Assembly (NCBI GenBank): GCA_049288955.1
Contig: JBAQIS010000021.1
Span: 22,364 to 86,363, forward strand
Source: Candidatus Saccharimonas aalborgensis
GTDB lineage: Bacteria; Patescibacteriota; Saccharimonadia; Saccharimonadales; Saccharimonadaceae
Length of the DNA stretch: 64,000 bases
Direction of reading: 5' to 3'
In this document: positions 38,286 to 46,391 of the stretch, one piece after another
Layout of the letters: every line of letters begins with the position of its first letter
Position numbering within the stretch: position 1 is the stretch's first letter
The notes under the pieces: model-generated
Databases searched by the model: none
The model's input: only the letters and a program-made list of their open reading frames with translations
Told to the model about the DNA's origin: nothing
Made by a program: the position numbers and the translations under genes

Positions 38286-39256
38286 ATCGCTACTTGACCC
38301 TTGATCGCAGGATGGTGTTTGTACCCAACAATTTTGAAATCACCAGCTTCAAAGTCGCCGATATCAGTAACGCGTGGGTTTATTTCTAACTTGGGTGCCT
38401 CGTAGAGTTCACCTTCACGGGCCAGTTGCGCTCTCACCTGTTCCTCGTGGTTTTTGTAGATATGGGCACTCCCAAAGGTATGATAAAAATAGCGTGGGGT
38501 GCGGCCAGTAACATGCGCCATGGCCGAGAGTAGCATCGCATACTGCACCATGTTAAATGGTACGCCCAGAAACCAATCAGCGCTCCTCTGGTATAACTTC
38601 ATATCCAAATATTTTTTACCCGTCGTTGGGTCGGTTTTATTTGATGCGTTAAATTGAAATAGCGTATGGCACGGCGGCAATCCGGCTTTGTTCATTTCTT
38701 CGAGATTGCCGACATTCCAGGCACTGACGATCAGGCGACGTCCCATACTACGGTCGTTGGTGCGCAGTGCTTCTTGCACCTGACGCAATTGGTCGATCGG
38801 CTGCCCGTGATAGCCTTCCCAGGCGCGCCACTGATGGCCATAGACCGGCCCTAGATCGCCATACTTATCAGCAAATGTTTTGTCGGTTAGTATTCGCTTC
38901 AAATAGGTGTCTCTCTCTTGTTTCCACTCGTCTGAGCCTTGCTCCGGTACCTCGATGCCTTCACTGCGTAGATACGACACAAACGGCCACTCGTCCCAGA
39001 TGTGATTGTCCTGCTCCGCGAGATAGCGGAGGTTGGTATCGCCGCGTAGCATCCAAGCTAGTTCACTGCGCACAAGTCGGTGCGCGACAAGCTTTGATGT
39101 CAGCAGGGGGAATTCCTCGCGTAAATCGACCCGCATCTGCGGTTCACCGAAGAGGTCGATGGTGCCGACCCCTGTACGATCATCAGTTGGCTCTCCTTCG
39201 TCCAAAATTTTTTTTGCCCAGTGAAGATATTGCAGTTCGGCTCGTGGTTTTTTCAT
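38282..39256 (-). CDS. thyA: Thymidylate synthase (ThyA, long form with about 45-aa insertion)
   Basis: 324 aa; DRTGVGT, LGPVYGHQWR, RRLIVSAWN, PPCHTLFQF (catalytic Cys), YQRSADWFLGVPFN; its stop overlaps the folA stop in CTAG. Confidence 0.9.
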   Translation of the reverse strand: MKKPRAELQYLHWAKKILDEGEPTDDRTGVGTIDLFGEPQMRVDLREEFPLLTSKLVAHRLVRSELAWMLRGDTNLRYLAEQDNHIWDEWPFVSYLRSEGIEVPEQGSDEWKQERDTYLKRILTDKTFADKYGDLGPVYGHQWRAWEGYHGQPIDQLRQVQEALRTNDRSMGRRLIVSAWNVGNLEEMNKAGLPPCHTLFQFNASNKTDPTTGKKYLDMKLYQRSADWFLGVPFNMVQYAMLLSAMAHVTGRTPRYFYHTFGSAHIYKNHEEQVRAQLAREGELYEAPKLEINPRVTDIGDFEAGDFKIVGYKHHPAIKGQVAI

Positions 39257-39435
39257 GTTTCTCCCCTATTTCTATTCATTATAACAATTGTGAGATAGCC
39301 AATCTAGGGGAGTAGAGTCAAGAATTACTTGAAGAATGCCACCATTATTGTATAATAGCTTATGTACAAGAGTACGTCAGGTACCCAGAACGGGTGGTAG
39401 CCATCACTCGTTATACAATCTGAGGAGGAATTGAG

Positions 39436-39957
39436 GTGGATAGATCGCTCCCCCGCGCCTTCGTGGTCCTCGGCGACGTTGGTCGTGTCCATTGCGATGC
39501 GCTCATTACTGCGGTGATGGCGTTTGAGCCGTGGAATAGTCTCACTGATGAAGTCATCTACCGCACGCGCGGTCAAGACTTCCATCGCATCTTGCGGCAG
39601 CATCTGCGCACGAGCCGATTTGCCGACACCGTGGTGGTCTCGGTCAGACGGCAAGCTGGATGGTCATGGTCGACGATCGTGTTTGTCGTCGACCAGCGAG
39701 ACGACCACTCGGGTATGTCGCTCCAGCTCCGCCGCGGACTCGTCAGGGCGAGTGACCATGGTCTGACGCGCGTGGTGGTCCCCGTGATGGGAGCCAACTA
39801 CTGCGACATGTCGGACTCCTCTCTGGTAGAAGCGCTCGGCGACATCGCCGGTCCCATCGTCAGAGAGTGCAACGATGCCCGTTCGCGGCTCCGTGAGATC
39901 GTCGTCGTGACAGACGACACACGGGTTGCGTTGGAACTTGGGCAATTGTTGCGCTAA
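39436..39957 (+). CDS. Divergent macro-domain-like protein (about 60% GC ORF)
   Basis: 173 aa; GTG start 7 nt after the GAGGAGG RBS; VVLGDVGRVHCDALITAV (compare GDITxxxxDAIVNAAN) and RVVVPVMGAN (compare IAFPxISTG); no NAAN/GGG motifs. Confidence 0.45.
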   Translation: MDRSLPRAFVVLGDVGRVHCDALITAVMAFEPWNSLTDEVIYRTRGQDFHRILRQHLRTSRFADTVVVSVRRQAGWSWSTIVFVVDQRDDHSGMSLQLRRGLVRASDHGLTRVVVPVMGANYCDMSDSSLVEALGDIAGPIVRECNDARSRLREIVVVTDDTRVALELGQLLR

Positions 39958-40045
39958 TCCTTCATACCTATCTAGTCCCCGTACCCCCATGTCGAAGGCA
40001 CTCCGCCTCCGTGAGGTGTGCGGGGTGTTTTCGTTTTTACTACGC

Positions 40046-40498
40046 TTATTTGAACCAAAGAACGTGAGGGAGATAGTTGTAGTACAGTGTCTTGATCTTT
40101 TTGTTGTCAATCCGAATGAAATGACTATGTTGGTGAGGGACGGACTTGGCGGCCGAGTTGGCGGGACGCGCATAGACAGCATAGCCTTCGTCTTCCATGC
40201 CACTAATGATCTGGACGTACTCGGTGCTTTCTTGAGGTGTTAGCTCGCTCAGGGATTCGATATGTCGTTTCGGAGATAGCAGCAAGTGTTCAGTAACGCG
40301 GCATCCATCCCAGAGCGCATACGGAAAGATGTTTTCGACAAGCCAGAAATGATCATATTCGCGTCGGGTTTGGGATGACTTGAGTGAAAAATGACAGAAA
40401 TCACAATGATCGCCGCGCACACCGCGATGACTTACGTAATGACGTTCCATTTTGCGCGTACGTACGAGCGGTCCGGACTGTAGTTTTGGTCGTACCAT
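40046..40498 (-). CDS. HIT-family protein, paralog 2
   Basis: 150 aa; CDFCHF and VPHQHSHFI. Confidence 0.75.
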   Translation of the reverse strand: MVRPKLQSGPLVRTRKMERHYVSHRGVRGDHCDFCHFSLKSSQTRREYDHFWLVENIFPYALWDGCRVTEHLLLSPKRHIESLSELTPQESTEYVQIISGMEDEGYAVYARPANSAAKSVPHQHSHFIRIDNKKIKTLYYNYLPHVLWFK

Positions 40499-40524
40499 GA
40501 GTCTATAATAGCAAAAAACGTTTC

Positions 40525-41427
40525 TTATCGACTGGTGAGGCGGGCTGCCGTATAGACGCCGTGGGCTGCGGTATTAAAGACTGAATGCCAGCCAGGGAGA
40601 TGGCTCATATATGAACCCAGGAGAGCATCTCTGCCGAGCGGAATGACTGCGCGGCGCTCACGAGGGTCTTGGGCGATATCATAAATAGCTTCAGCAATAG
40701 TTTCTACAGGGGTCCCAAAGTGTGTTCGCCACCACTCATTGACTGCTTGTACGGCACGTGCGGTATCGGGATCACTTCCATCGATCCATTCACCTCCATC
40801 GATGTCGGTTTGGGTATTACCCGGCTGAACGTCAATAAGACGTATTGAGGGCGGTAGTTTTGTATGCTGAATCGCCATCGCTTCAGAGAAACGAGCTTTT
40901 GCGAGCATATACTCTTTGCGGTACGGGTCGGGAAAGTCGGCTTTAGAGGATGAAATTCCGATGACACACCCACCCTTTTCTTGTACTGACAGTGCGCCAA
41001 CAGCCTGCGAGACAAAGTGAATGGCGGCTTGCCCATTAACTTCGCGCAGGCGCCTGACTTGCTGCCTTGCGGTTTCAGTCGGGTAGTCCCGGATATGACG
41101 ATGATAGTCGGTACCAGCAACAATATGACCAGCGGCGTGAACGACCGCATCGAGTGGTTGCGGGGCTGCTACTACCTCACTAAATAGCTCTTTTACCCCG
41201 TCTGTATCACAAATGTCGAGCTGAACCGGCCAAAAGTTCCGCCCCTGTCGTTCGGGAAACTGTTCCACAATATCGGGGTGATTGTCGACACCGATCACAG
41301 CAGTGTTGTATGACTGGAGGAAACGATCTGCGACCGCGCGACCGATGCCGCGACGTGCACCCGAAATAACGACAAGGTTCCTGTATGACGGATCGATATG
41401 CGATATAAGCTCTGAGTTTGCCCCCAT
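40525..41427 (-). CDS. Short-chain dehydrogenase/reductase (SDR)
   Basis: 300 aa; VISGARRGIGRAV (TGxxxGIG), SSS...YMLAK (YxxxK). Confidence 0.8.
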   Translation of the reverse strand: MGANSELISHIDPSYRNLVVISGARRGIGRAVADRFLQSYNTAVIGVDNHPDIVEQFPERQGRNFWPVQLDICDTDGVKELFSEVVAAPQPLDAVVHAAGHIVAGTDYHRHIRDYPTETARQQVRRLREVNGQAAIHFVSQAVGALSVQEKGGCVIGISSSKADFPDPYRKEYMLAKARFSEAMAIQHTKLPPSIRLIDVQPGNTQTDIDGGEWIDGSDPDTARAVQAVNEWWRTHFGTPVETIAEAIYDIAQDPRERRAVIPLGRDALLGSYMSHLPGWHSVFNTAAHGVYTAARLTSR

Positions 41428-41447
41428 ACGGACGCACCTATCTATCG

Positions 41448-42446
41448 TTAATTTACTTGATTTTCGACTTTGATGCCTGGCCCCATAGTAGTGGCGATGG
41501 CAGTTGATTTCACATAGATACCCTTGAGGCTCGATGGTTTTTGGCTCTGTAAGCTGCCAAAGAACGCTCGGGCGTTTTCCTCGAGTTTGTTGGCGCCAAA
41601 TGATACCTTGCCAATACTGAGGTGGATTGTTGCTTGTTTGTCGACTCGGTATTCTACTTTTCCGGCCTTTGCTTCGGTCACTGCCTTTGCAACATCAGCG
41701 GCAACCGTGCCGCTCTTTGGATTTGGCATGAGGCCTTTTGGCCCGAGGAGACGGGCGTATTTGCCCAGTCGTGGCATATAGGCAGGGGTAGATACGAGAG
41801 TATCAAAGGCTATTTCACCCTTATCGAGCTGCTTCAGGAATGTTTCGTCACCGACGACATCGGCACCGGCTTTTTTGGCAGCGTCGTGTTCGGTTTCGGG
41901 AGCAAACACAGCCACGCGCACTGTTTTACCGGTGCCGTTTGGCAGTGTCACGGTTGCGCGAATGTTTTGATCAGCCTGGCGAGGATCAACACCAAGGCGT
42001 ACGTGCACTTCGACGCTGGCATCAAATTTACTTGGGTTTGTCTTGGTGGCAAGCTCCAATGCTTCGCCTAGGGTATACACTTTTGCGGCTTCGACGAGTT
42101 TGGCGACTGCTTGAAACTTTTTGCCACGGCGTTCGATGAGTGGTCGAACCTTTGGCGCAGGGCCTTTCTTTTCGTGAGCTACCGCGTCTCCTTGAGCAGT
42201 GGTGTCGTGTGCTTCTTTGCGCGCTTCTTTTGCGGCTTTTTCTTCAGCCTCTTCGAGCGCCTTTTCGCTGCGCTTACCGGCTTTGGCAACGTCAGCTTTG
42301 CGTTCAGCAACCACTTCTTTATCTACGGCTGGCTTCTTTGTCTTTGCGCCTGCGATTAGACTCTCGAGATCAGCGATGGTCGCCTTTGCGGGCACCTCGA
42401 TCTTTAGTTTTGCTGCTTCTTCAATAAGTTCGGCTTTTTTTGCCAT
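41448..42446 (-). CDS. rplA: 50S ribosomal protein L1 with about 100-aa Lys/Ala/Glu-rich N-terminal extension
   Basis: 332 aa from MAKKAELIEEAAKLKIEVPAKATIADLESLI (AGGAGA RBS); the C-terminal about 225 aa is canonical L1. Confidence 0.9.
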   Translation of the reverse strand: MAKKAELIEEAAKLKIEVPAKATIADLESLIAGAKTKKPAVDKEVVAERKADVAKAGKRSEKALEEAEEKAAKEARKEAHDTTAQGDAVAHEKKGPAPKVRPLIERRGKKFQAVAKLVEAAKVYTLGEALELATKTNPSKFDASVEVHVRLGVDPRQADQNIRATVTLPNGTGKTVRVAVFAPETEHDAAKKAGADVVGDETFLKQLDKGEIAFDTLVSTPAYMPRLGKYARLLGPKGLMPNPKSGTVAADVAKAVTEAKAGKVEYRVDKQATIHLSIGKVSFGANKLEENARAFFGSLQSQKPSSLKGIYVKSTAIATTMGPGIKVENQVN

Positions 42447-42517
42447 ATCAGTATCTCCTGCGGTAGTAGCGGTGATTCGATCACCTCCCGACATTACAGT
42501 TGTATGATGCTAGTATA

Positions 42518-43414
42518 TCACATTGCTGGAGTATTGTCAGTACCCACGCCAGCTCTCGCTCGCTCGTGTGTGAGCAACTGCTCGAGGCAATGTACGCCAG
42601 TGGTGACTACTCGTATATGCTCATCTATTTCGGCACTATGTGGTGCACGGTTACGGTTGTGATGAGTAAAGAAGTGAGGTGCGATCATCGTTTTGCCGGC
42701 GGTAAAGGCGTGTTGTTCGACCTCGCTTGCTGCGGCTTTCCTCAACTCATTATAGGCGCGGGCATCTACCCACCCAAACTCTTTCATGTTATCCATGGCA
42801 CCTAGGAGCGTCGATCGGTGCAAAAATTCTCGTCCGATCTCTCTGGCTCGCCCAAGCTGTTGTTCGGTAGTTTGTGACATTGCCGGGTCAGCCATGAGTA
42901 TGTCGCCGACTGATCTCTCATCGATACCCTTGGGGCGTCCCTCTGGGTGAGCCAAGCGTAGATTCCAGCCGTAGTACGCATAGGGGAACATCTCGATTGC
43001 TTCTTGTTCAAGGAGTTTGTCGCGCAATACCTCTGCCTGCATAGCTCCATCAATTAGCTCTAAATCATCGGGTGTTTCATAGACACTACGGACAAAGACT
43101 TCATCATCGGAAATTGGTCCATAGTAAGCAGGTGCTCCTGAGGAGACGTAGTGGTTTTGAATATAGTAGTTTGCAAAGTCAAATGTCCGTGGTAGCACAA
43201 CTGAGTATGCGGCAGCATGTTTAAATCCTTCGCCCCGTGGTCTATATGTAGTACCACCCTGGCTGTACTGTGTTAGCTCTGCTCCTCGAGGTCCTACGGT
43301 TGCTGAGGCTAATTCAATCCCCACCCACTGAGGACTTGTGGGCCTCACGTCGACCCACGCCACGCGTTTGCCGGCATCTTCTTCGCCATAACTCCTTAAA
43401 ACTCGTTCGGCCAT
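42518..43414 (-). CDS. Hypothetical protein
   Basis: 298 aa; no motif recognised. Confidence 0.55.
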   Translation of the reverse strand: MAERVLRSYGEEDAGKRVAWVDVRPTSPQWVGIELASATVGPRGAELTQYSQGGTTYRPRGEGFKHAAAYSVVLPRTFDFANYYIQNHYVSSGAPAYYGPISDDEVFVRSVYETPDDLELIDGAMQAEVLRDKLLEQEAIEMFPYAYYGWNLRLAHPEGRPKGIDERSVGDILMADPAMSQTTEQQLGRAREIGREFLHRSTLLGAMDNMKEFGWVDARAYNELRKAAASEVEQHAFTAGKTMIAPHFFTHHNRNRAPHSAEIDEHIRVVTTGVHCLEQLLTHERARAGVGTDNTPAM

Positions 43415-43492
43415 ATCAATAGTACTCCTTATCTGTGCTATATAATTGATTGTTATTCTACCATAATGCCCACAGAAGTCAATGACACTATA

Positions 43493-43521
43493 TTGACAAA
43501 TACGCTCAAAAATGCTATTGT
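43493..43521 (+). promoter_or_regulatory. Sigma70-like promoter for the high-GC gene at 43572
   Basis: TTGACA-17 nt-TATTGT with TGC extended -10. Confidence 0.5.
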
Positions 43522-43571
43522 GATAATAACGTCTACAGTCCTAGATGCACCTCTCACGAAAGGAAAGCTCG

Positions 43572-44285
43572 ATGAACATCTCTCGTCGCAAGATCAACTG
43601 GGCAATCATCGCGGGCCTCTTGGTGGCTGCCATCGCGATCAGTGCGCTTTGGGTGTTGATGGATCCCCTGCGTGGGGCCAACACCCAGAAGCCGCCGCTC
43701 GGCTCGGCCACGGTCACGCAGACCATGGCTCCGACCACCGGGGTTTCCACTCCGGTGGCGTCCTCGACCGCCCCAGTGAGTACCTCGCCGACCACCGTCA
43801 CCGCGACGCCGTCGCGGACGACGGTTGCTCCGACGACGTCCGCCCCCTCGCGGACAACGCCGGTCAACACCACTCCGGTGGTGTCGCGGGTATTCAACCG
43901 CTACACCATCCAGTTGCCGCCCGGCACGACGATCGTCGGCAGCCAGACCGGCAGGTTCGGCGAGGTGCGAACCACCTACAAGACCTCGGCCGGCGAGCAG
44001 CTCATGACCATCGCTTTCTCGCCAGATTTCAGGTGGCGGGACTACAGCGAGGAGCTGACGGCCAAGTGCCCAAGTGCCACCGAGGGCCCGCAGACCCCCA
44101 TCAACTGGGGCGGTTCCTATAGGGGCGGCTACACCGCCTGGGACCGCTCCAAGTGTGACCAGGGCCCACTGGTGACGTTCACCACCTTCTCGGAGGTGGA
44201 GAACGTGGCGGTGGTGCAGTTCAGGGTGGCCAAGCCGGCCCCCTGGCTGGTCAAGGCCATCGAGAAGGCGAACTGGAAGGAGTAA
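43572..44285 (+). CDS. Membrane-anchored/secreted protein with Thr/Pro/Ser-rich linker (about 70% GC)
   Basis: 237 aa from MNISRRKINWAIIAGLLVAAIAISALWVL; AAGGAAAG RBS; low-complexity TTVTATPSRTTVAPTTSAPSRTTPVNTTP; globular Cys-containing C-terminus. Confidence 0.65.
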   Translation: MNISRRKINWAIIAGLLVAAIAISALWVLMDPLRGANTQKPPLGSATVTQTMAPTTGVSTPVASSTAPVSTSPTTVTATPSRTTVAPTTSAPSRTTPVNTTPVVSRVFNRYTIQLPPGTTIVGSQTGRFGEVRTTYKTSAGEQLMTIAFSPDFRWRDYSEELTAKCPSATEGPQTPINWGGSYRGGYTAWDRSKCDQGPLVTFTTFSEVENVAVVQFRVAKPAPWLVKAIEKANWKE

Positions 44286-44323
44286 CGTCCTTTCCAGGAC
44301 GCGCTTCATCACTTCCTTCCACT

Positions 44324-44353
44324 CACCCCTCGTCCGTGTACTCGGACGAGGGG
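44324..44353. terminator. 12-bp GC-rich hairpin between convergent high-GC genes
   Basis: ACCCCTCGTCCG-tgtact-CGGACGAGGGGT. Confidence 0.55.
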
Positions 44354-44463
44354 TCTTCTCGTATGATGGGTATATAAAGTGACTATAACGAAGAAACCCG
44401 TCGAGAGACGGAGCGAGCCGATGGTTCGGCGGGCTTCTTCGTCCTTCGACGGGTTGTAGGGAG

Positions 44464-44613
44464 TCAGCGGCGGCGGTTGCTCCAGCGGCGATGCCACTGG
44501 GTGTTTACAAACCGTCTGACCCATTTCGGGCCGTACTCCATCGCGATGAAAGCAATGAAGACGATCAGAAATGTCATCACGATCGCTCCAGCGATGATGT
44601 GCAGCCAACTCAT
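44464..44613 (-). CDS. 49-aa membrane protein (not in the ORF track)
   Basis: My translation: MSWLHIIAGAIVMTFLIVFIAFIAMEYGPKWVRRFVNTQWHRRWSNRRR; ATGA overlap with the upstream gene stop. Confidence 0.5.
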   Translation of the reverse strand: MSWLHIIAGAIVMTFLIVFIAFIAMEYGPKWVRRFVNTQWHRRWSNRRR

Positions 44614-44801
44614 GGTGTCGTCTTGTCCTCAAGGCCTTCGGCGCTCCCCCACGTTTTCTCAAGCAGGCGGAGGTTACGCTCGATGGCGCCCTCCCTCTGC
44701 TTCGAGAAGCGGGAGTACCGCCGACGCAACAGGATGGCGGTGCCAGCCGCGACGGCGGCACCGGTGCTGACACCGATGATGACCTTGGTACGCTTGCTCA
44801 T
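44610..44801 (-). CDS. 63-aa membrane-anchored protein (YtxH-like N-terminus)
   Basis: MSKRTKVIIGVSTGAAVAAGTAILL then a charged helix; high GC. Confidence 0.5.
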   Translation of the reverse strand: MSKRTKVIIGVSTGAAVAAGTAILLRRRYSRFSKQREGAIERNLRLLEKTWGSAEGLEDKTTP

Positions 44802-44934
44802 GAGGTGTTCCTCATCTCTCTAATCGGGAGAACTGACAAAATATATTGTAGAATAAAAAAGTTATATTGTAAATACTTATACGAAAAACGCCTCCGAAAC
44901 CTATCGGGGGCTTTTTCGTCCTCACTATCTCGAG

Positions 44935-45171
44935 CTAGCACACGCTGAGAAGGGTCCAACCACTTCCCTGAGCTCGCAGACAAAAGTTTTGGCTGCCGTC
45001 ACTCATGGTGACTGTACTCCAGATACGTTCACCGCGACGGATAGTGGTGCGGATACCCCTATCGATAAAACAATAGGTGCGACCTCGCCATTCCATGCGT
45101 GTGGGGTAGGTGCTCATACCGGGCCCAAACCCTACTGCGGTGATAGAAACAGGACTGTTAATTGTTCTCAT
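44935..45171 (-). CDS. Small hypothetical protein (78 aa)
   Basis: AGGAGAG RBS 6 nt upstream; contains PTRMEWRGRTYCF...ERIWSTV...GSGWTLL; terminator-like hairpin at 44889-44920. Confidence 0.45.
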   Translation of the reverse strand: MRTINSPVSITAVGFGPGMSTYPTRMEWRGRTYCFIDRGIRTTIRRGERIWSTVTMSDGSQNFCLRAQGSGWTLLSVC

Positions 45172-45189
45172 AGCATACTCTCCTATGGA

Positions 45190-45366
45190 TTAGTGTTTGA
45201 CAAGTGGTGGAGTATGAACGACAAGGCCTTTTGTCCGCCCCACTGTGTAGCGGTACAATCGTCTGCCTGAAGTCGTGAGTTTGTGGAGGTTCACCCGCGT
45301 GGATGAGCCTGGTGCGATAGACGGTTTGGCTGTGGAAACGCTCTCACCGAGAACGAGTACAACCAT
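45190..45366 (-). CDS. Small hypothetical protein (58 aa, not in the ORF track)
   Basis: My translation: MVVLVLGESVSTAKPSIAPGSSTRVNLHKLTTSGRRLYRYTVGRTKGLVVHTPPLVKH; 18 nt upstream of the next ORF; weak RBS. Confidence 0.3.
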   Translation of the reverse strand: MVVLVLGESVSTAKPSIAPGSSTRVNLHKLTTSGRRLYRYTVGRTKGLVVHTPPLVKH

Positions 45367-45455
45367 AACCTATATATAGTATAGCGCGGTGATTGGGTGC
45401 GTCGTCAACACTAGTAATTTATGGGTTTTGTGGTGAAAACAGATCGTGAAAATAC

Positions 45456-46310
45456 TTAGGAATAATCGCCACCTGTGATGTCGTAATATGCCTCGAGGGT
45501 TTTGAGGTTTTTGGCTTTCATATCAAGAGCAACGGTGCGGCCAACATATCGCCAATGCCACGGTTCGGGTGAATAGCCAGTGATTGGGGTCATGCCCTGT
45601 TGATATCGTTCAATGAACCCATACTCAGCAGCGTGAGCTTGCAGCCAGGTATACGCTGGGGTGCTGGCAAAACACTCCAGCGCGCAATTTCCCGCCTTGA
45701 CATCTATCGCCAGCCCCGTTTGGTGCTCGCTATAGCCAGGGCGCGCGCGTGTACTATCGGCCAAGGCCGTAGTTCCGGTGATATTAACACCTTCATTGTA
45801 GGTCGCTATCTGGTTGTCATAAGAGCGAAACGCACTGGTGAGCGAGATAGTTGCGCCAGTTGACCTGATAGTAGAAAGAAGTGACGTAAGTTGCTCGGCC
45901 ATCTCTTGGCGAACGAAGAAACCTTCGACAAGTGTAAGGTTTTGTGGTGTCCAGGACTGTGGCTCTATACAGTGCTTTTTGTTTACTACCACCGTGAGTG
46001 TCGCCGGTGATGAGATATCACAGGGAGTTTCGGTCGGCACTGGATCATGTGCGACGAACTGTTGGGGTTGGACGCTCGCTTGTTCCTCGCGTGACTGGGC
46101 TTTGGCGAGTTTTTGCTGCAAAAAAGTTTTTATATTTGCATCGATGAGGGCGAAGTCTCGTTGCTGAGCTTCATGACGCTGTGCATCTCGTGCACGTTCC
46201 CATAGATCGAAACAAAAAAGTCCACCAAGCAGAAGTGCGGTGAACAGTACGAGCGCTATCGGAAGCCGTGGGATACGGTGAGAGGTGGTAGATTTCTTCT
46301 TCGTTGGCAT
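45456..46310 (-). CDS. D-alanyl-D-alanine carboxypeptidase, VanY/M15 family, N-terminal membrane anchor
   Basis: YSEHQTGLAIDV and EPWHWRYVG zinc-site motifs; start at MPTKKKSTTS. Confidence 0.8.
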   Translation of the reverse strand: MPTKKKSTTSHRIPRLPIALVLFTALLLGGLFCFDLWERARDAQRHEAQQRDFALIDANIKTFLQQKLAKAQSREEQASVQPQQFVAHDPVPTETPCDISSPATLTVVVNKKHCIEPQSWTPQNLTLVEGFFVRQEMAEQLTSLLSTIRSTGATISLTSAFRSYDNQIATYNEGVNITGTTALADSTRARPGYSEHQTGLAIDVKAGNCALECFASTPAYTWLQAHAAEYGFIERYQQGMTPITGYSPEPWHWRYVGRTVALDMKAKNLKTLEAYYDITGGDYS

Positions 46311-46391
46311 TGTTTCTAGTATACAGCTTTTGGCAGACACAAATCAGTACTCATAGTGGTGAGTTATGTGATAATGCCGTTGCTAAGATTT

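Noticed and set aside
38282-39256. The ThyA homologue could be a dUMP/dCMP hydroxymethylase feeding a DNA hypermodification pathway; the nearby kinase, deaminase and transferase genes prompted the idea.
   Set aside because: It retains the ThyA-type residues (PCH catalytic Cys, GVPFN Asn that specifies dUMP, RR..SAW, DRTG). It is paired with folA, and the ~45-aa insertion is known from long-form (Lactobacillus casei-type) thymidylate synthases.
39325-40203. Minus-strand ORFs of 109 and 179 aa overlap the macro-like gene.
   Set aside because: They have no RBS, low-complexity Arg/Ser/Thr-rich products and no motifs. The plus-strand frame has a strong RBS. I cannot fully exclude them without comparative data.
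42111-42507. Three overlapping plus-strand ORFs (82-102 aa) lie opposite the rplA 5' region.
   Set aside because: They are artefacts of the low-complexity Lys/Ala/Glu-coding repeat on the other strand.
43466-44312. Long ORFs overlap on both strands (218 aa plus, 252 aa minus, 118 aa minus).
   Set aside because: These are shadow ORFs typical of ~70% GC DNA, with Arg/Gly/His-rich nonsense composition. The 43572-44285 frame has an RBS, a signal anchor and a sensible domain layout.
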